Below, piece after piece: positions 60,343 through 64,000 of a stretch of DNA of 64,000 bases. The stretch comes from Rhynchopus sp. YZ270_cl-10. Taxonomy: Eukaryota. The translations under genes and the position numbers were made by a program. How positions within the stretch are numbered: the stretch's first letter is position 1; every line of letters begins with the position of its first letter. The stretch lies in assembly GCA_964035575.1 (NCBI GenBank), contig OZ037842.1, positions 1,426,001 to 1,490,000 on the forward strand, read 5' to 3'. Under the pieces are notes generated by a model. It was not told where the DNA came from and did not search any database. It saw only the letters and a list, made by a program, of their open reading frames with translations.

Positions 60343-60695
60343 ACCGTTCATTTTATTTTGAAAAATCTTCAATTTTTTTTTTTTTTTCACCAAAATCCTT
60401 CCCGCGGGGAATCAATACCTTCATCCGATGAACGGTGAGGCGTTCACACTTTCTCTTTTAGTGTTACCACACGAAAAAACCTACCCATTTTTTTCTCTCT
60501 GCTTTTTGAAAGTTTTTACAAACTTTAAACAGGCGCTGTACCAAAAAAATTACCCCCCTTTTTTAAACCCCAAATACCTCCTCCTCCTCCTCCTCCCTCC
60601 CTCCCTCCACTTACAACTCCTCCCTAGCAACACAATACACAGCCAAAAGGTTTTTTTCTTTTTTTTTTCTTCTTTTTCTTCTTCTCCCATCCAAT

Positions 60696-61862
60696 ATGGA
60701 CAACTCCTTGGCGATTCTTCCTTATGATACGTTGGTAGAGGTGATGTCATATCTGACGTGCGTTGAGGTGAATCGTATGGGGGCGGTGTCACGATCTGTG
60801 CGTGCAGCTTCCGAATCTGAGGGGGTATGGTTGTTGATTGCAGAGCATCTGTTTGGAGCAGCCCTTCTGCAGCGTGATGCGTACATCACCCAAGCCCCAG
60901 ATGTGCCCCGCACCACAATGCTCTCAAAAATACAAACACTCCGTCGTTATCTTTCCTCCAAGACAAGCACCACCCCCGATTCGGAAGTCTCCCTCACCCC
61001 TACCCCTCCACTCCGTACAGCGCTCCTAACCAGCATGCACAACCTTCCCTGCAGACGTTGTCACGGAGGGTACCGATCAAACCACCTCTGCGAATGCATT
61101 ATTCGCCGCCAAATTCATGTACACCTTCCAAAGCCAAAGCTAATCCTTGCAAGCCTTTCGATGAACCGTGTCAGTGATTCTGGCAGCGTGGATTGGCCGC
61201 CAATGAAGCAGGCTTTGGTGACAATGCTGCAAGACTACAACCTTTCTTTGGTCACTGTGGATGACATTTCGGAGGAGTTCTTCCAGAAGGTGCGATGTGA
61301 TATGTTTATTTGCAATCTGACCTCTGCTGTCGTACCGCTGTCTGAGGCGGAACAGTCCGCTTTGCAGGGCTACGTTACATCAGGGGGGACAGCATTATTG
61401 AACTGCTTTTCTATGTGGGCAAACAACGGTGTTGTTAACCGCGACCTGGTAGGGTGGCTTGGTATCAACAACCCACCTGGGTGCAGAGGCGATCATGCTG
61501 CACTACGTCAGATGAGGCCATCTGCACACCCAGACGTAGCTGCGCTCCTCAATGGCCCATTCGGGCCCGTCAAGCAGGTAAAGAATCTCTATGAGACGCG
61601 CTTCACTGGAGGCCCAGCTGATGCAATCTGGCTCGCAGAAACCTTGCTCTTCATCCCTCCAGGCACAGCGCCGGTTAACGCCGGTGCAGTCTTTGTCTGT
61701 TCCAACATGCATTGGATGGTCAATAAATCTGGTTGGAATGGTGGCTTCTCTGCAGATGAAGGGAACACCAGGTTGATGCAGAATCTGGCTGCATTCGCGG
61801 CTACGTTAAGAATGAAACGTGTGTCCGAGACGCAGAATGCAAACGGCGTTGTATTCAGTTGA
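60696..61862 (+). CDS. F-box protein with C-terminal GATase-like alpha/beta domain
   Basis: LAILPYDTLVEVMSYL......MGAVSR; LSEAEQSALQGYVTSGG..L and N..LMQNL motifs. Confidence 0.7.
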   Translation: MDNSLAILPYDTLVEVMSYLTCVEVNRMGAVSRSVRAASESEGVWLLIAEHLFGAALLQRDAYITQAPDVPRTTMLSKIQTLRRYLSSKTSTTPDSEVSLTPTPPLRTALLTSMHNLPCRRCHGGYRSNHLCECIIRRQIHVHLPKPKLILASLSMNRVSDSGSVDWPPMKQALVTMLQDYNLSLVTVDDISEEFFQKVRCDMFICNLTSAVVPLSEAEQSALQGYVTSGGTALLNCFSMWANNGVVNRDLVGWLGINNPPGCRGDHAALRQMRPSAHPDVAALLNGPFGPVKQVKNLYETRFTGGPADAIWLAETLLFIPPGTAPVNAGAVFVCSNMHWMVNKSGWNGGFSADEGNTRLMQNLAAFAATLRMKRVSETQNANGVVFS

Positions 61863-62608
61863 TGGTGTAAATAGTGTCTGCTCCGTGAGGGTAGTTTTAT
61901 ATGAACCTAATTTGATGAGAATTCAGGTTCAGTATTTTATCCCTTTAGAGTTGGACAAATACTTTGTGGGAAATGAAACGGAGACTTTTTTTTTTGTTCA
62001 ATTCTACTCGGGGGTTTCTTTTGTTTTTCGCTTTCTTCTTTTTTTGCTCTTTCTGAGCAGGAACATACCAACCTCCTTCGTGGTAACTTTGTGCATACCA
62101 ATGAAGTGCTCTCTGGGGGTTCGATAACCCGCAGAGAACCAGCGTCTGCATCCGCCGATGCACGGTGAGGTATTTTGCACTTTTTTCAACTTCTCAATCT
62201 GAACCAAAAAAAGAAAGGGTGTATTGCGTTGACCCTCTCAAATACTTTCAATTCTGTGAACTGAAAGTATATGAATCCAACTTCTCTCTTTTTGCTCTTT
62301 CTATGTCTCTGTCTGAAACGTTTATATCCTTCAACACCATCCGATTCATTGCCACTTGGAACGGTACTACCACTATTCCTCCATTTAATACAACCCCCCT
62401 ACTTCCCTCCTTTTGCCTCACACCGCCACTAACAGCTGCATTTCCGCATTTTGTATGTTTGCCGTGTCTCTCTATGAGTGTACAAGATACACAACACTGT
62501 TAAAATCAATCAAAAGAGACGTAATAGCAACTCCCCCACATCCGCAGGAAAGACCACAACACCTCCCCTTGTCCCTCTTTTCATTTTGTTCTCATATTTT
62601 TTAAGAAA

Positions 62609-63418
62609 ATGGAGCTGTCAATAATAATTGGCACCGAAACCGATGTGGTTCAGCTTGTGGGGAATACGGCCTCCCTTGCTGCAGTCAAACGCGTTGTGAT
62701 GGAGGCGTTTTCTTCTTTGTCACGGGAAGAGGACTTTGACCTTTTGGTGGTACATGGTGTTGGGGCGGGCGGTATTCTGGATAACACAGCGGATGCTGAG
62801 GTGGAAGCTCTTTGCGATGGCGACACCCTTGAAGTCATACCAAGCAAACGCGCGTTGGCTGTTGCCACTCTATCAGATGAATCGGTTACCTTGGATATGT
62901 GTTCTCTGCATACAGCTGCGTCAGAAGGCGATGTGACACGATGCGAACTTCTGATTGATGCAGGGGTCGACGTTGACGTGAAGAATACGTTGCATCAGAC
63001 ACCATTGATGAAAGCATGCATGCAAGGTCATTTGGAGGTGTGCACGTTGTTGGTGGGGAGGGGTGCGGATGTGAACGCATTGGATATGGTCCGCAGAACC
63101 TGCCTCATGTGGGCAAGCAAACGCGGGCACCTCCACATCTGCGAGCTGCTTCTCAACAGCGATGCAGACCCCACCGCCGTGGACAGCATCCGTCGTGTCA
63201 CCTCGCTCGTCCGCGCGTCAGAGCAAGGGAACGTCGACATCGTCCGCCTCCTTCTCCAACGAGGCGCTGCCAAATCAGGCCCCCGTCTCCACACAAAGCC
63301 TCTCTCAAAGGAAATGAAAATGAAGCGGGTGTTTCAGAAGATGAGGGTAGGTGGAGGAGCGGATGGAGGAGGGGGAGGGGGAGGAGGAGGTGGATCTCCG
63401 CCCCCGGTGCAGGCGTAG
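62609..63418 (+). CDS. Ankyrin repeat protein with N-terminal ubiquitin-like region
   Basis: LHTAASEG, QTPLMKAC.QGHLEV, RTCLMWASKRGHL; N-terminal LCDGDTLEVI. Confidence 0.85.
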   Translation: MELSIIIGTETDVVQLVGNTASLAAVKRVVMEAFSSLSREEDFDLLVVHGVGAGGILDNTADAEVEALCDGDTLEVIPSKRALAVATLSDESVTLDMCSLHTAASEGDVTRCELLIDAGVDVDVKNTLHQTPLMKACMQGHLEVCTLLVGRGADVNALDMVRRTCLMWASKRGHLHICELLLNSDADPTAVDSIRRVTSLVRASEQGNVDIVRLLLQRGAAKSGPRLHTKPLSKEMKMKRVFQKMRVGGGADGGGGGGGGGGSPPPVQA

Positions 63419-64000
63419 ATCCGGGGAGGATGGACGCAAATTAATTTTTTTGAAGAAAAAAAAAAGAATTTTTTTGAATTTGTTGCTCATACAATTGAAG
63501 TGTTACAAGGAAAAAGAAACTGGGTACTTTTTTGGGGGTTTTTTAGGTTGTTTGATAGCTCTGTTTGTCCCTTTCATTGATATCCCTTTCTTTTTTTTTT
63601 TTCGCCCAGCACTGGACAATGAAATTGATAATCCGAAAACAGTCAACCGCAACAAAGTGACGGCTGCGGACCACTTCTGTGATGGGTGACTGTTTTGTAG
63701 ATGGCCAAATATATAAAAAAAACGATGGGGGAGCTCATCCTCGGGTGTCTACACTAATACAACCAAGTTTTCAAAGAAAACACAACACACTTCTCGTGCT
63801 GCTTGCACTGAGCATATTGCTTTTCCCCTCCACTTTGTAACTTTTTCAATAAATCAGTTTGACTAAACCTTTCTGCAAGGTGGACACATTTCAGCGTCCT
63901 CTGGAAAGGCTTTCTCATTGCAAGGTTTGTTATGTTCATCGGCTGATGGCGGTATTTTTTATAGATGTAATGTGTACGTGATACACAATCGTCTTTTTAC

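Overview
Eukaryotic (protist) nuclear DNA, most consistent with a euglenozoan, probably a diplonemid-like organism. The taxon is inferred from an all-plus-strand gene cluster, short GT-AG introns, an NRK-type NEK kinase with a C-terminal PH-like region and a tyrosine-recombinase-type (VIPER/TATE/Ngaro-like) retroelement relic. About 21 protein genes, all on +: a Cys-less pentameric ligand-gated ion channel with a large N-terminal extension, several ankyrin proteins, a multi-SH3/KOW-like plus PH protein, a PUB protein, a trypsin-fold protein with altered active site, a NEK kinase, a bacterial-type VOC/glyoxalase, a MAM33-like protein, glutamine synthetase II, a FAM13-like protein, a catalytically degenerate asparaginase-ankyrin (ASPG-like), a TSNAXIP1-like protein, an F-box protein and two small spliced genes missed or only partly seen by the ORF track. 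Intergenic DNA is rich in non-autonomous DNA transposons (two hAT-type with exact 8-bp TSDs, TA-flanked Tc1/mariner/pogo-type MITEs, a CAC-ended Transib-like MITE, a 1.2-kb foldback). Most notable: (i) a split-direct-repeat (A1-RNaseH-B1-A2-B2) retroelement that appears to integrate at TG within a 10-bp satellite, itself inside a TIR-bounded element (54.1-57.6 kb); (ii) dispersed intergenic hairpin families, mostly on the sense strand, with conserved GNRA-type loops and compensatory stem changes, candidates for an undescribed cis-regulatory RNA system or a SINE/SIDER-like family.
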